From: Lachnospiraceae bacterium
GTDB taxonomy: Bacteria > Bacillota > Clostridia > Lachnospirales > Lachnospiraceae
Direction of reading: 5' to 3'
Assembly: GCA_014804605.1 (NCBI GenBank)
Contig: JAAUZM010000027.1
Location: 45,220 to 109,219 of the forward strand
DNA: 64,000 bases
Below the pieces are notes generated by a model, which worked only from the letters and a program-made list of their open reading frames with translations, did no database searches and was not told the origin of the DNA. Positions 63,393-64,000 of this stretch are shown one piece after another; position 1 is the stretch's first letter; each line of letters starts with the position of its first letter. A program made the position numbers and the translations under genes.

Positions 63393-63664
63393 GTTTTCAC
63401 GCCCTTCCCTCAGAACAAGTTGTATACTATTATACTCGTCCCCTTTTATAATGTCAAACGTTTGTTATTAATTTTGCATAAAATTTTCGTTCTTTTTCGT
63501 TCATTTTGCAGTACATTTGTTGAAATTTTTTCGTTTATTTTAGTAGTTTATTTGTTTTCTTTTTGACAAATACATCATCTATGCATACAAAATCTTTCCT
63601 ATACAAAATCTATGCTTTTTGGTATACTGTTTTCATAACATGAAATCGGAGGAAACAGAATCGT

Positions 63665-64000
63665 ATGAGCAGAAAAAGGGCAGTCGTATCACTCGGACAC
63701 GAGGCGCTTGGTTATACAATATTGGAACAATGGGACGCCGTAAAAGTTACCGCCAAAGCACTGGCAGATCTTGTGGAAGCCGACTATCAGCTTACCATCA
63801 CTCACAGTAACGGTCCGCAGGTCAGCATGATCCATAAGGCCATGACGGAACTGCGCCGCATCTATATCGATTACACACCCGCTCCCATGTGTGTGTGCTC
63901 CGCCATGAGTCAGGGGTATGTGGGTTATGATATCCAGAATGCTCTGCGGGCGGAACTGCTCAGCCGCGGCATCTCGAAAGCCGTCAGCACGATTCTGACG
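63665..64000 (+). CDS. carbamate kinase-family protein, N-terminal part (runs off the window)
   Basis: Hand-translated as MSRKRAVVSLGHEALGYTILEQWDAVKVTAKALADLVEADYQLTITHSNGPQVSMI...; open to position 64000; GGAGG upstream. Confidence 0.65.
   Translation, partial: MSRKRAVVSLGHEALGYTILEQWDAVKVTAKALADLVEADYQLTITHSNGPQVSMIHKAMTELRRIYIDYTPAPMCVCSAMSQGYVGYDIQNALRAELLSRGISKAVSTILT

Noticed and set aside
1-64000. Search for CRISPR arrays, rRNA genes, IS transposases, reverse transcriptase/DGR or retron components.
   Set aside because: I saw no regularly spaced direct repeats, no rRNA-like sequence, no transposase motifs and no RT motifs. The only RNA gene I could support is the prophage tRNA.

Overview
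This 64-kb window looks like a Clostridia (Lachnospiraceae-like) chromosome; that assignment is inferred from gene content only. All family calls come from motif recognition by eye, with no database search.

Layout:
- Left flank (1-9779): a carbohydrate-utilisation cluster (GH5-like hydrolase, AraC regulator, CE4 deacetylase, SGNH esterase), a DUF3791-DUF3990-DUF3791 triad, and glgD-glgC.
- Prophage (about 9780-52118, roughly 42.3 kb): a complete siphovirus-like element. A large serine recombinase inserted it into the 3' end of a PdaB-like polysaccharide deacetylase gene. The 5' part of that gene is at 52115-53017 and the displaced 3' fragment is at 9627-9779. Both att junctions can be read directly.
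- Prophage body, almost all on the minus strand: early/replication genes (PcfJ-like, PcfK-like, RNase H-like, HUH Rep-like, HNH), then terminase, portal, MuF, scaffold, capsid, connectors, tail, tape measure, fibres and a four-gene lysis cassette.
- AT-rich cargo islands: (a) 10.1-12.5 kb with XRE plus ImmA, membrane proteins and a small hydrophobic peptide; (b) 35.8-36.9 kb with a plus-strand tRNA-Val(CAC) and a membrane protein; (c) 45.6-50.6 kb with the genetic switch, an Mrr-like nuclease, a zinc-ribbon/glycine-zipper protein and a Panacea (PanA)-type antitoxin with a membrane partner.
- Right flank (52124-64000): membrane proteins, an EIIC-like permease, a serine-rich duplicated protein, a fucose-isomerase-family/DUF4867-like/xylB operon with a LacI regulator, a GGDEF-EAL protein and a carbamate kinase start.

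The most unusual signal is a 16-bp perfect palindrome, GTTGCACCGGTGCAAC. It occurs six times exactly and once with one mismatch, and I saw it only inside the prophage. Five copies lie in the same reading frame (VAPVQ) within linker regions of four unrelated proteins.
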